A program made the position numbers and the translations under genes. A stretch of 64,000 bases of DNA from Candidatus Aquivivens invisus (GTDB lineage: Bacteria > Omnitrophota > Gorgyraeia > Aquiviventales > Aquiviventaceae), in NCBI GenBank assembly GCA_001804415.1, contig MHGA01000031.1:10788-74787 (forward strand). Reading direction: 5' to 3'. The notes beneath the pieces are model-generated. The model did not search any database and had not been told where the DNA came from. It was given only the letters and a program-made list of their open reading frames with translations. This document shows, piece after piece, positions 47,320-56,156 of this stretch; positions within the stretch are counted from its first letter, which is position 1; each line of letters opens with the position of its first letter.

Positions 47320-48408
47320 CTACGGTTTGACGTACTCCCGCATGAGCCTCATCGCTTCGGACATGGGAACGCCTTCCGTCACGATCGCACGACCGATCTG
47401 GGTGGGCAGCACCCACCGGGATTTGCCCCGGATGAACTTCTTGTCGTAGCGCAGGGCCCGCTTGACCGCCCCCAGTGACACGCCGGTCACCGCGGTGGGG
47501 AGGCCCAGGGCTCGCAGCAACCGGATGATTCGCTGGCGCGCCGCAGTAGCCATCAGTCCCTGCGTCACGCTCAGGTGCGAGGCATACGCTAAGCCGACCG
47601 CAATGGCTTCGCCATGGGTGAATCGTCGATAGCCGGTCGCGGCTTCCAGGGCATGCCCGAGCGTATGACCCAGGTTCAGGCGGGTGCGCACTCCTCTGGT
47701 TTCCCGTTCATCGCGCGAGACGACGCGGGCCTTGATCCGGGCGCACCGTTCCACCATGACACGATCCACCTGTGGGTTGCCGTGCAGACAGGCCGTGACG
47801 TGCCGCTCCAGAAACCGGAATAACCAGGCGTCTGCCATCACGGCGTATTTGAGAATCTCCGCCAATCCTGATCGACGCTGCCGCAACGGCAGACTTCGCA
47901 GCACCCCCACGTGGTCAAACACCACTCGTGGCTGGTAGAACGCGCCGACCGCATTTTTGGCCTCAGGCAGATCAATCCCGACCTTCCCTCCAATCGAGGA
48001 GTCCACTTGCGCCAGCAGCGTCGTCGGCAGCTGCACATACGGCACGCCCCGGCGGAACACGGCGGCGACGAATCCTGTGAGGTCGCCCACGACGCCGCCT
48101 CCGAAGGCGACCAGCACGGGAAGGCGCATCGTGGCGCGTCGAGCCAACTGTGTGAGCAAGCGCTGCGCCACGCGAGAAGACTTGGAGAGCTCGGACTCGG
48201 GCACCGTCATCGTGATCACGGTCAAGCCGCCCCGCCGTAAGGTCTTGAGCAGTTCCCCACCGAACCGGTCGAGCAGACGGCGGTGAGAGACGACCGCCAG
48301 TAAGGGGCCGAGCCGCTGGCGAGCCAGGATCTGCGGAAGGTGACGGTACGAATCCGCCACGTAGATTGGATAGGACCGCTCGCGTAACCCTACTCGAATC
48401 ACCGTCAT
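47320..48408 (-). CDS. aroB: 3-Dehydroquinate synthase
   Basis: GGGVVGDLTGFVAA.F.RG (NAD-binding) and metal-binding H...H region. The ATG overlaps the nnrE stop (ATGA). Confidence 0.85.
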   Translation of the reverse strand: MTVIRVGLRERSYPIYVADSYRHLPQILARQRLGPLLAVVSHRRLLDRFGGELLKTLRRGGLTVITMTVPESELSKSSRVAQRLLTQLARRATMRLPVLVAFGGGVVGDLTGFVAAVFRRGVPYVQLPTTLLAQVDSSIGGKVGIDLPEAKNAVGAFYQPRVVFDHVGVLRSLPLRQRRSGLAEILKYAVMADAWLFRFLERHVTACLHGNPQVDRVMVERCARIKARVVSRDERETRGVRTRLNLGHTLGHALEAATGYRRFTHGEAIAVGLAYASHLSVTQGLMATAARQRIIRLLRALGLPTAVTGVSLGAVKRALRYDKKFIRGKSRWVLPTQIGRAIVTEGVPMSEAMRLMREYVKP

Positions 48409-49097
48409 GGCATGTATCGACGGATCAACCAGTCCGGCATCCCCAACGCATCGACGACCAGCCGGCCTGCACATGACGAGCCTTGAGCCGTCAGCAATCC
48501 GCGTTTGGGAGCGCCGAAGGTGACCGTCACCGCGGCCCGTACGGCAACGTCCAGCGGGACTCCGGTATCCCCGTCCAAGCCCGAGGGCACGTCGACGGCC
48601 ACCACCGGACGCCCCGCCTCATTGATCATCGCGATGAGACGAGCCGGCAACGGCCGCACCGAACCGTTGAGACCGATGCCGAACAACGCATCAAGGATCA
48701 CCCCGCACGAGCGCAACCAACCCTGGACTTCGGCGAGGTCGTCGCCTGAGACCACCTCCCGCCATGGGATCTGGAAGGCCTCAACGACGCGGGCAAAGAC
48801 GGCCGGCTCCTCTTTTAAGTCTCGACGCAACCCAGCCAAGACAATCCGCGGGCGATACCCTCGACGGATCAGATGCCACGCGGCGCACAACCCGTCTCCC
48901 CCGTTATACCCCATGCCACAACATACCACACACTCGCAAGGCTCGGGATGGAGCTGGGTGAGGGCATCAGCCACGGCACAACCGGCCTGGGCCATGAGGA
49001 GGAGGCGGGGGAACCCCAGGGTGTGGATGGCCTCGTCATCGAGACGATGCATGACCTCGACGGAGAGCGCGAACGATGGGGCGGACGGCGCCGCCAT
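48405..49097 (-). CDS. nnrE: NAD(P)H-hydrate epimerase (YjeF N-terminal domain only)
   Basis: Internal start MAAPSAPS. Motif CGMGYNGGDGL matches the (K)GNNGGDG of the YjeF-N family. Confidence 0.7.
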   Translation of the reverse strand: MAAPSAPSFALSVEVMHRLDDEAIHTLGFPRLLLMAQAGCAVADALTQLHPEPCECVVCCGMGYNGGDGLCAAWHLIRRGYRPRIVLAGLRRDLKEEPAVFARVVEAFQIPWREVVSGDDLAEVQGWLRSCGVILDALFGIGLNGSVRPLPARLIAMINEAGRPVVAVDVPSGLDGDTGVPLDVAVRAAVTVTFGAPKRGLLTAQGSSCAGRLVVDALGMPDWLIRRYMP

Positions 49098-49426
49098 TAC
49101 GACGCCTGTGGGGACTTCCCTGCTGGTGAGGCTTTTGCTGGCGAGGACTTGCCCGCTGCCGGGGTTGCCTGGGTGGCTTGAGCGGCGGCTGCGGCTTCCT
49201 CGGGTTTTGCGGCTTCCGCCGCAGCCTTTCGAACCTTGATGCGCGCCTGCTTGGTCTTGGGCAGCCCGAAAATCGACCGTGCGTCGTTCCACTGTCCTTG
49301 CGTCAGAAGCTGCTGGATTCGCTCGAACCGTTTCAACACGCTGCGATGCGTCCCGCCTTTCCCACTGGTTTGTCGCAAAGAAGGGTGAATGGACATGCGC
49401 GTGGCTACAGGCTGCGGACAAAACAA
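49097..49426 (-). CDS. Hypothetical small basic protein with Ala/Lys/Pro-rich tail
   Basis: ORF fills the gap between the SPOR gene and nnrE. The AAAEAAKPEEAAAAA...AGKSSPAKASPAGKS tail is histone-H1-like low complexity; no family assigned. Confidence 0.3.
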   Translation of the reverse strand: MFCPQPVATRMSIHPSLRQTSGKGGTHRSVLKRFERIQQLLTQGQWNDARSIFGLPKTKQARIKVRKAAAEAAKPEEAAAAAQATQATPAAGKSSPAKASPAGKSPQAS

Positions 49427-50019
49427 TCGCGATACCGTGGTTTCAAGCCGGCCAGCTTGTCTTTTGCGAGCTTTCGCGACGTAAACGGCCCCACAAACAG
49501 CACGGCCTTATCGGCGCGCTTGATGAGAAACGCGGACTCCCCGCGAGCTTGCAAGCGGCTGAGCTCGCGAGCGGCGAGCGCCGGTTTGGTGTAGCTGACC
49601 ACCTGGACAGCAAACCGGGCGGAGGATTCGGCCAGCCGTTTGGGTACGCGAGGCGCGGTCGCAGGTTTTGGCGACGGCGTGCTCTGGCGTGGCGTGATCG
49701 GCGAAGAGGACGCGCCCGCACGTGCTGGTTCTGGACTGTTGAGCGAGGTGGCTGGCGAGGCCGATGACGAGGACGCGGATGAGGACGATGAGGAGCGCGA
49801 ACTCGGCGGCGCCATGAGCACCCGCTCGGTGCGAGCGAGTTGCTTGCCGCGCTCAACCCCGCCGGCAAAGATGACCGCCACACCGATGAGGCCTGCCATC
49901 CCCAGCAGGATCGCATGATCGTGACGCACCTCAAGACGTCCCACCGGCGTGATGAGCGGCCGGATCACACCGGGGTTCGGCGCCTCAAAGAATTCCAATT
50001 GGGATGTCGTCTCGTCCAT
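49405..50019 (-). CDS. SPOR-domain protein (septal peptidoglycan-binding; DedD/FtsN-like)
   Basis: Start at MDETTSQLEFF, one TM (ILLGMAGLIGVAVIFAGG), Ser/Pro linker, C-terminal SPOR FAVQVVSYTKPALAARELSRLQARGESAFLI...LFVGPF. Confidence 0.7.
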   Translation of the reverse strand: MDETTSQLEFFEAPNPGVIRPLITPVGRLEVRHDHAILLGMAGLIGVAVIFAGGVERGKQLARTERVLMAPPSSRSSSSSSASSSSASPATSLNSPEPARAGASSSPITPRQSTPSPKPATAPRVPKRLAESSARFAVQVVSYTKPALAARELSRLQARGESAFLIKRADKAVLFVGPFTSRKLAKDKLAGLKPRYRDCFVRSL

Positions 50020-50051
50020 CTGGCATAGTCTACACAAAGGCGGCCCCACCG

Positions 50052-50654
50052 TCAACTGCTCGACCAGGCGCGGTGCTCGGTTCCAGTGAGCAGCCGCTGC
50101 AGATTCGCTCGGTGCTGCACGATGATCAGCAGGGCGAGCAGGCCGCCGATCCCGACCGCGGTCAGGGGCTGATGAGCGCCCAGCTGGCTGACCGGAATGG
50201 CTGCGGCCGCCATCATCGAGCCAATGGACACATAGCGGGTCAGCGCAAAGAACAGGATCCACGTCGCCGCCACGACACCGGCCACAAGAGGTGAACAGCC
50301 GATCAGCGCCCCGATGGTGGTCGCGACCCCCTTGCCGCCACGAAACCGGAGCCAGCACGGAAAATCGTGCCCGATGACCGCCATCAATCCAGACGTCAGG
50401 GCCATGGCCGGAGACACCTCGTCCAGCAGCCAGGCGGGAAGGCATCTCGATGCCACGACACCCTTGAACAGATCGATGACGAAGACCGACACGCCGGCCC
50501 ACGCCCCGATCGTCCGAAAGGCATTCGTCGCGCCGACGTTGCCGCTGCCGACGGTCCGGATATCAACCCCCCTGGCCAGCTTCGCGAAGAGGTACGCCGT
50601 GGGGATGGAACCCACGAGGTAGCACGCCCCCCACGTCAACAGCAGCGGCATCAA
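50052..50654 (-). CDS. plsY: Glycerol-3-phosphate acyltransferase PlsY
   Basis: YLVGSIP.AYL......G.D.R..GSGN.GATN is the PlsY signature. Confidence 0.9.
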   Translation of the reverse strand: MMPLLLTWGACYLVGSIPTAYLFAKLARGVDIRTVGSGNVGATNAFRTIGAWAGVSVFVIDLFKGVVASRCLPAWLLDEVSPAMALTSGLMAVIGHDFPCWLRFRGGKGVATTIGALIGCSPLVAGVVAATWILFFALTRYVSIGSMMAAAAIPVSQLGAHQPLTAVGIGGLLALLIIVQHRANLQRLLTGTEHRAWSSS

Positions 50655-51193
50655 CTTAACAATTTGATCCCCATCCGCAGGTAGCCGATGCCGGAGAGGA
50701 CGGTCAGTGCCGCCGCCGCCAGCAACATCTCAGACTTTCCCGGCAGCCCCAGCAAGGCCATCGGAATCACCAGCATCTGGACGAGCACCGTCCATTTCCC
50801 GAGCCGACTCGGACGGACGGGCCATTGATTGGTAAATCCGACGACCAACAACGTGCCCGCGACCAGCACCACATCGCGGCTGATCACGATGAGATTGAAC
50901 CAGGCGGGGATACGCATCCATTCCGGAAGCGCCCGGATGGTGGAAAGGCTGATGAGGGTGCTGAGGATCAAGAACTTATCGGCGAGCGGATCAAGAATGG
51001 TCCCAAGCTTGGACTGCTGGTGCTGCGAGCGGGCGATCAATCCATCGAGAGCATCAGAGAGCATCCCGACGACGAAGAGCGCCAGCGCGACCAACCGAAG
51101 CGCCTCGCGGTCAGGTTGATAGTAGACCAGGGAGGCGACAATACACGGCGCCAGCAAGATCCGCAGGAGCGAAATCTTGTTGGCCAAACTCAT
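50651..51193 (-). CDS. pgsA: CDP-alcohol phosphatidyltransferase (PgsA-like)
   Basis: D..DG..AR.....S..G...D...DK is the CDP-OH phosphotransferase motif. Confidence 0.85.
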   Translation of the reverse strand: MSLANKISLLRILLAPCIVASLVYYQPDREALRLVALALFVVGMLSDALDGLIARSQHQQSKLGTILDPLADKFLILSTLISLSTIRALPEWMRIPAWFNLIVISRDVVLVAGTLLVVGFTNQWPVRPSRLGKWTVLVQMLVIPMALLGLPGKSEMLLAAAALTVLSGIGYLRMGIKLLS

Positions 51194-51257
51194 AAAGTTA
51201 ACAGGTTCAAGGAACGGACAGAACCTGTGTCCTGTTCAAGGAAAAGACAGCCCGCGG

Positions 51258-51632
51258 TTACTCTTTATACCGAAGTTCGACGCCGTGGTTCGGGCAGTAC
51301 TTGACGTCCTCGCCGTACAATTCGCCTCCCACCGGACAAAACTTCGACCGGCTGGTCGCCACCGGCGTTTGCTGCTGTTGGATTTTCTTGTCCTGGGCCT
51401 CGAGGGCTGATCCCATCAACCCGCCCCCCAGCGCGCCGACCGCCGCGCCGATGGCGGTTCCGGCTCCAGCTTTTCCTGATTGCTCTCCAATAATGGCCCC
51501 GGTCCCCGCCCCAATGAGGCTCCCGATGGCAGCGCCCTGCACCGTTTTCGATTGCGCGGCGGTCTGCACCCCTTCGCATCCGGCCAGCCCGAGGGTCGCT
51601 GCCGCCACCAGGATCGCTGTCAGCCTCGTCAT
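51258..51632 (-). CDS. Glycine-zipper lipoprotein with C-terminal Cys pair (CPVGG...CPNHG)
   Basis: Lipobox LAGC; GxxxG repeats AAIGSLIGAGTGAIIG...GAAVGALGGGLMG; C-terminal CPVGGELYGEDVKYCPNHG. Confidence 0.7.
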   Translation of the reverse strand: MTRLTAILVAAATLGLAGCEGVQTAAQSKTVQGAAIGSLIGAGTGAIIGEQSGKAGAGTAIGAAVGALGGGLMGSALEAQDKKIQQQQTPVATSRSKFCPVGGELYGEDVKYCPNHGVELRYKE

Positions 51633-51688
51633 CTCACACCTCCTTGGGTTGTGGACTTGCTCGAGGGTACTCTAGCATAAGTGGGCCA

Positions 51689-52267
51689 TCAGCGCAAGAC
51701 GCGCAGCCGGCTCGGAGGCCAGAAGATGCACACCGCTTTGCCGATCAGGAGCCGCCTCGGCACAAAGCCCCAGTACCGGCTGTCATGCGATGAGGACGAG
51801 TTATCACCCAAGACGTAGTACATCCCATCGGGCACGCGGACGACATGATCCTCCTGGCCGAATTCTCCCTGATTGTAGTAGAAGAAGTTGTGCACCTGCG
51901 CGTTGGCGGAAAGCTCGCCGTTGACCCAGAGATGCCCATCGCGTATCTCTACGAGATCGCCGCCCACCGCCGCCAACCGCTTGATGAACGGGCGTTTGGG
52001 GTTCTCGGGAAATCGAAACACGATGATCTCACCGGCTTTGGGGTCTCGAACGCGGTAGAGAAATTTGTTCACCAAGATGCGATCTCCCTCCAGGAGCGTG
52101 GGACGCATAGAGCCTGAGGGGATTTTGAACGGGGCGATCAGGAACGTCCGAATCAGCAGCGCCACCGCCACCGCCCAGAGCACCGACTCGAGATTCTCCC
52201 GCCACGCGGAAGACACCGGCCGCAACACCTCGCGCGGCGCACGGGTTCGACGACGGCGGACCCTCAT
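51689..52267 (-). CDS. lepB: Signal peptidase I
   Basis: Catalytic SGSMRPTL (Ser), K region, GDNSSSSHDSRYWGFVP (box E). Start at internal MRVRRRR (52267) abutting the lepA stop. Confidence 0.9.
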   Translation of the reverse strand: MRVRRRRTRAPREVLRPVSSAWRENLESVLWAVAVALLIRTFLIAPFKIPSGSMRPTLLEGDRILVNKFLYRVRDPKAGEIIVFRFPENPKRPFIKRLAAVGGDLVEIRDGHLWVNGELSANAQVHNFFYYNQGEFGQEDHVVRVPDGMYYVLGDNSSSSHDSRYWGFVPRRLLIGKAVCIFWPPSRLRVLR

Positions 52268-54063
52268 GAGGAGAGTCTCAACGCAGCGAGAAACGCCTCT
52301 TGAGGAATTTCGACTTGGCCGAATTGCTTCATGCGCTTCTTCCCTTCTTTCTGGCGTTCCCAGAGCTTGCGCTTCCTCGTGATGTCGCCGCCGTAACATT
52401 TGCCGGTCACGTGCTTCGCGAGCGGCCGAACCGATTCACGCGCGATCACGTGGTTGCCGACTGCGGCCTGAATCGCCACCTCGAACAGTTGTCGGGGGAT
52501 GAGGTGCCGTAATCGCTCCACGAGCGCCCGGCCCTGCTCGTAGGCATGGTCTTTGGCGACGATCGACGAGAGCGGCTCGCACAACCTGCCGTTGATCAGG
52601 ATATCCAGCCGCACGAGCGAGGCCGCGCGGTACCCGGTCAGCTCGTAATCAAACGATCCGTAGCCCTGGGTCAGCGATTTGAGTCGGTCGTAGAAATCCA
52701 CCACGATCTCGCTCAGCGGCAGCTCGACGACGATCTTCACGCGCGTTTCGCTGAGGAACTCCGTGGAACGATGGGTGCCGCGTTCCTGTTTGACCAGATC
52801 CATCAGGATGCCCAGGCAGGTGGCCGGCGCGAGCATGACCGCCTCGACATACGGCTCAAGGAGCTCCGCGATGGTGTGCACAGGCGGCAGCTTCGACGGA
52901 CTGTCAATCTCGACGATCCGCCCGTCCGTGAGCTTGGCCTGATAGGCCACGCTGGGGGTCGTCAACACCAGGTCGACCCCGAACTCGCGCTCCAACCGCT
53001 CCTGGACAATCTCCATGTGCAGCAGCCCGAGGAACCCGCACCGGAATCCCTGTCCCAGGGCGTCGGATTGCTCAGGAGCGAAGTAAAACGCCGCGTCATT
53101 GAGCAGCAGTTTTTCCATCGCCGACCGCAGCGTTCCCAATGCCTGGGTGTTGGCCGGGTAGATGCCAGCAAAGACCATCGGCTTGAGCCGTCGAAACCCT
53201 GGCAAGGCGGTTGCCACCGGACGGGCGGTTTCGGTGATCGTCTCGCCGGCCAGGACGTCCCGGGGATCGCGGATGTTCGCGGTGAGGTAGCCGACTTCTC
53301 CCGCGCACAGCTCCTCAACCGGCACCGGTTTCGGGGTGAGCACCCCCACCTCCTGTACCACATGCCCCTTGGAGGAACCCAGGAACGTGAGGCCCATCCC
53401 GCGGCGCAGCGTGCCCTCAACGACCTTCACAAACACCACCACCCCTTTGTAGTCATCATAAACCGAATCGAACACGAGCCCCGCGAGAGGATTGGCGGGA
53501 TTCCCCATCGGTGGAGGGATCTCTCTGACCACACGTTCCAGCACCTCCTCGACGCCACGGCCCTCCTTGGCGCTGACCTGACTGATGGCGATGTCGGGCT
53601 GTTGCAGGAGCTGGCGGATCTCCCGCGTCACGCGATCGATCTGCGCATGCCCCAAATCGATCTTGTTGATCACGGGAATGATTGCGAGGCCGTGCTCTTT
53701 GGCCAGCAGATAGTTGGCGACCGTCTGCGCCTCGACGCCTTGGGTGGCATCCACGATGAGCAGGGTGCCTTCGCAGGCCTGGAGACTTTTCGCCACCTCG
53801 AAGGCGAAATCGACGTGGCCGGGGGTGTCGATAAGGTCGAGGAGGTACTCCTGGCCATCGCCTGCGCGGTGGTGCAGCTGGACGCACGAAGCCTTGATGG
53901 TGATGCCGCGTTCCCGCTCCAGGTCCATATCATCGAGCACCTGGTCGCGGAATTCTCGCCGATCGACCGCCCCGCTGAGCTGTAGCAACCGATCCGCGAG
54001 GGTCGATTTGCCGTGGTCGATATGGGCGATGATGCAGAAGTTGCGGATCCGCGCTTGGTCCAT
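52264..54063 (-). CDS. lepA: Elongation factor 4 (LepA)
   Basis: IRNFCIIAHIDHGKSTLADR, 599 aa, LepA-specific C-terminal domain. Confidence 0.95.
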   Translation of the reverse strand: MDQARIRNFCIIAHIDHGKSTLADRLLQLSGAVDRREFRDQVLDDMDLERERGITIKASCVQLHHRAGDGQEYLLDLIDTPGHVDFAFEVAKSLQACEGTLLIVDATQGVEAQTVANYLLAKEHGLAIIPVINKIDLGHAQIDRVTREIRQLLQQPDIAISQVSAKEGRGVEEVLERVVREIPPPMGNPANPLAGLVFDSVYDDYKGVVVFVKVVEGTLRRGMGLTFLGSSKGHVVQEVGVLTPKPVPVEELCAGEVGYLTANIRDPRDVLAGETITETARPVATALPGFRRLKPMVFAGIYPANTQALGTLRSAMEKLLLNDAAFYFAPEQSDALGQGFRCGFLGLLHMEIVQERLEREFGVDLVLTTPSVAYQAKLTDGRIVEIDSPSKLPPVHTIAELLEPYVEAVMLAPATCLGILMDLVKQERGTHRSTEFLSETRVKIVVELPLSEIVVDFYDRLKSLTQGYGSFDYELTGYRAASLVRLDILINGRLCEPLSSIVAKDHAYEQGRALVERLRHLIPRQLFEVAIQAAVGNHVIARESVRPLAKHVTGKCYGGDITRKRKLWERQKEGKKRMKQFGQVEIPQEAFLAALRLSS

Positions 54064-54072
54064 GACGGAACG

Positions 54073-55488
54073 TCAGCAGGTTTTGATGAGCTGGAGGCCG
54101 AAATCCAGCAATCGGGTGACGCGGGCGGCCACCGGGCTTTCCGCGTACACGCGGACAATCGGCTCGGTTCCTGAGCGGCGAAACAACAGCCAGCTCTCAT
54201 CCCGCCCAATGAGCTTGACGCCATCCAGCGTCTTGACCTCCCTGACCGTCGTGCCGGCGATCCGCGTAGGAGGTGACGCCTGCAATTTGGCAAACACGCG
54301 CGCCACGCGCTCCGGCGAGAGCGTCAAGTCGCGCCGCGTATACGCCCACCGCCCGAGCCGGCGTTCCAACCGGCGCAACAGGTCGAGGATGCCGCACCCC
54401 TGCGCCGCCATCGCCTCCAGCACCAGCAGGCCCATGAGAATGCCGTCTCGTTCCGGCAGGTAGCCTCGGATCCCGATGCCGCCGGATTCCTCGCCCCCAA
54501 TGAGCACCCCGCCATCCAGCAACAGCTTGGCGATATGCTTGAAGCCCACGGGCACTTCCACGACGGCCAGCCCATGGGCTTGTGCCAACCGGTCAATCAT
54601 CGAGGTGTTGGACACCGTCTTTACGATGGTCCCGCGCCACCGGCGCGTCAGAATCAGATGCTCGGCCAGAATGCACAGGACTTGGCCGGGATTCAGGAAG
54701 ACCCCGTTGGGCGCCACGACCCCAAGCCGATCGGCATCGCCATCCGTGGCCAGCCCGACGTCCCACCGATGGTGTCTTAGAGTGGCGATCAGCGACTTCA
54801 GGTGGCTGGCAATTGGCTCGGGGGCTTGTCCCCCGAAGAGCGGATCCCGCTCGGCATGGAGGGTGTCGACACGGCACCGGCCTTGGCGGAGCAGCTGCTC
54901 GATCAATCGCCCGCCCACCCCGTGCATGGAATCCACCACCGCCTTCAGATGGGAGCCCCGGATCATCCGTAGGTCGACCAGCGCGCGGATCCCCTTGAGA
55001 TAATCCGGCAAGAAGTCGGCGCGGCGTACCAATCCCCGCTCTTGCGCCTCAGCGAAGGGGAGGCGGGAAGGCGCTCGACGCCCTAACCGCGATTCAATGG
55101 ACGCCACGGTCTCTGTCGTGGCGGATCCTCCGAATGCCTCCTTCACCTTGATCCCGTTATAGGTTGGAGGGTTGTGGCTGGCGGTGACGACGATCCCGCC
55201 GGCGGCCCGATGGTCCACGACATAGCGGCTGACCGCACAGGTCGGCACCGGACTCTCTGAGAGGATCACCGTGACGCCGTTGGCGGCCAGCACCTCGCAG
55301 ACGGCCCTGGCGAACTCCTCGGAGAGAAATCGCAGGTCGTAGCCGACCGCCAGCGTCGGCCGACGGCCGCCGGCAGCCTGCAGGAAATGTCCCGCGATGC
55401 CCTGGGTGACGCGGCAGACATTCTCGATGGTAAACTCCTCCGCCATCACCGCTCGCCACCCCTCAGTTCCGAACTTGATGCGCGTCAT
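54073..55488 (-). CDS. Phosphoglucomutase/phosphomannomutase-family phosphohexomutase
   Basis: Active-site TASHNPP, metal loop DGDADR, sugar-binding GEESGG. Start at MTRIKFGTEGWR. Confidence 0.85.
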   Translation of the reverse strand: MTRIKFGTEGWRAVMAEEFTIENVCRVTQGIAGHFLQAAGGRRPTLAVGYDLRFLSEEFARAVCEVLAANGVTVILSESPVPTCAVSRYVVDHRAAGGIVVTASHNPPTYNGIKVKEAFGGSATTETVASIESRLGRRAPSRLPFAEAQERGLVRRADFLPDYLKGIRALVDLRMIRGSHLKAVVDSMHGVGGRLIEQLLRQGRCRVDTLHAERDPLFGGQAPEPIASHLKSLIATLRHHRWDVGLATDGDADRLGVVAPNGVFLNPGQVLCILAEHLILTRRWRGTIVKTVSNTSMIDRLAQAHGLAVVEVPVGFKHIAKLLLDGGVLIGGEESGGIGIRGYLPERDGILMGLLVLEAMAAQGCGILDLLRRLERRLGRWAYTRRDLTLSPERVARVFAKLQASPPTRIAGTTVREVKTLDGVKLIGRDESWLLFRRSGTEPIVRVYAESPVAARVTRLLDFGLQLIKTC

Positions 55489-56156
55489 TGAGGTGCCGGC
55501 TCCGCGGCCCGCAGCGCCGCGATCGCGTCCTCGTAATGGGGTTGACGAAAGATGGCTGTGCCGGCCACCAGGACATTCGCGCCGGCCGCCCGCACGAGTG
55601 TTGCGGTTCGGGGGTTGATGCCGCCATCCACGACGAGATCCCCGTCGAACCACGCGCGGCATTGCCGAATCTTCTCCACCATCTCCGGCAGGAACGCCTG
55701 ACCTCCGAAACCGGGCTCGACCGTCATCACAAGAATCTGGTCAAGGTCCTGAAGGTAGGGCCGCAGGGCCTGCGCCGGCGTGGTGGGGCGCAGCGACAGT
55801 CCAGCGCGGATCTTGCGTCGGCGAAGCTGCTGCAGAAACTCGCGCAGGCGGTCGGGGTCGCGTAAACCCGCCGATTCCACATGGACCGTCAGATGGTCCG
55901 TGCCGGCCGCCAGGAATGCCTCGACAAACTGCTCCGGATGCTCAATCATCAGCTGCACGTCCAGGGGACGGGTGGCCACGCGATGCACCGCCTCGACGAT
56001 CACCGGCCCGAAACTGATGTTGGGAACGAAGTGGCCATCCATCACGTCCAGGTGCAACCAGTCTGCCCCGGCGCGCTCAACCGCCTTGACCTCCTCAGCC
56101 AATCGGGTGAAATCACACGCCAGCAGACTTGGCGCCACGAGAAGCTTCCGCATCAA
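55485..56156 (-). CDS. rpe: Ribulose-phosphate 3-epimerase
   Basis: PSLL..D.......V......GAD..H.DVMDG.FVPN..FG is the Rpe signature. Confidence 0.9.
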   Translation of the reverse strand: MMRKLLVAPSLLACDFTRLAEEVKAVERAGADWLHLDVMDGHFVPNISFGPVIVEAVHRVATRPLDVQLMIEHPEQFVEAFLAAGTDHLTVHVESAGLRDPDRLREFLQQLRRRKIRAGLSLRPTTPAQALRPYLQDLDQILVMTVEPGFGGQAFLPEMVEKIRQCRAWFDGDLVVDGGINPRTATLVRAAGANVLVAGTAIFRQPHYEDAIAALRAAEPAPQ

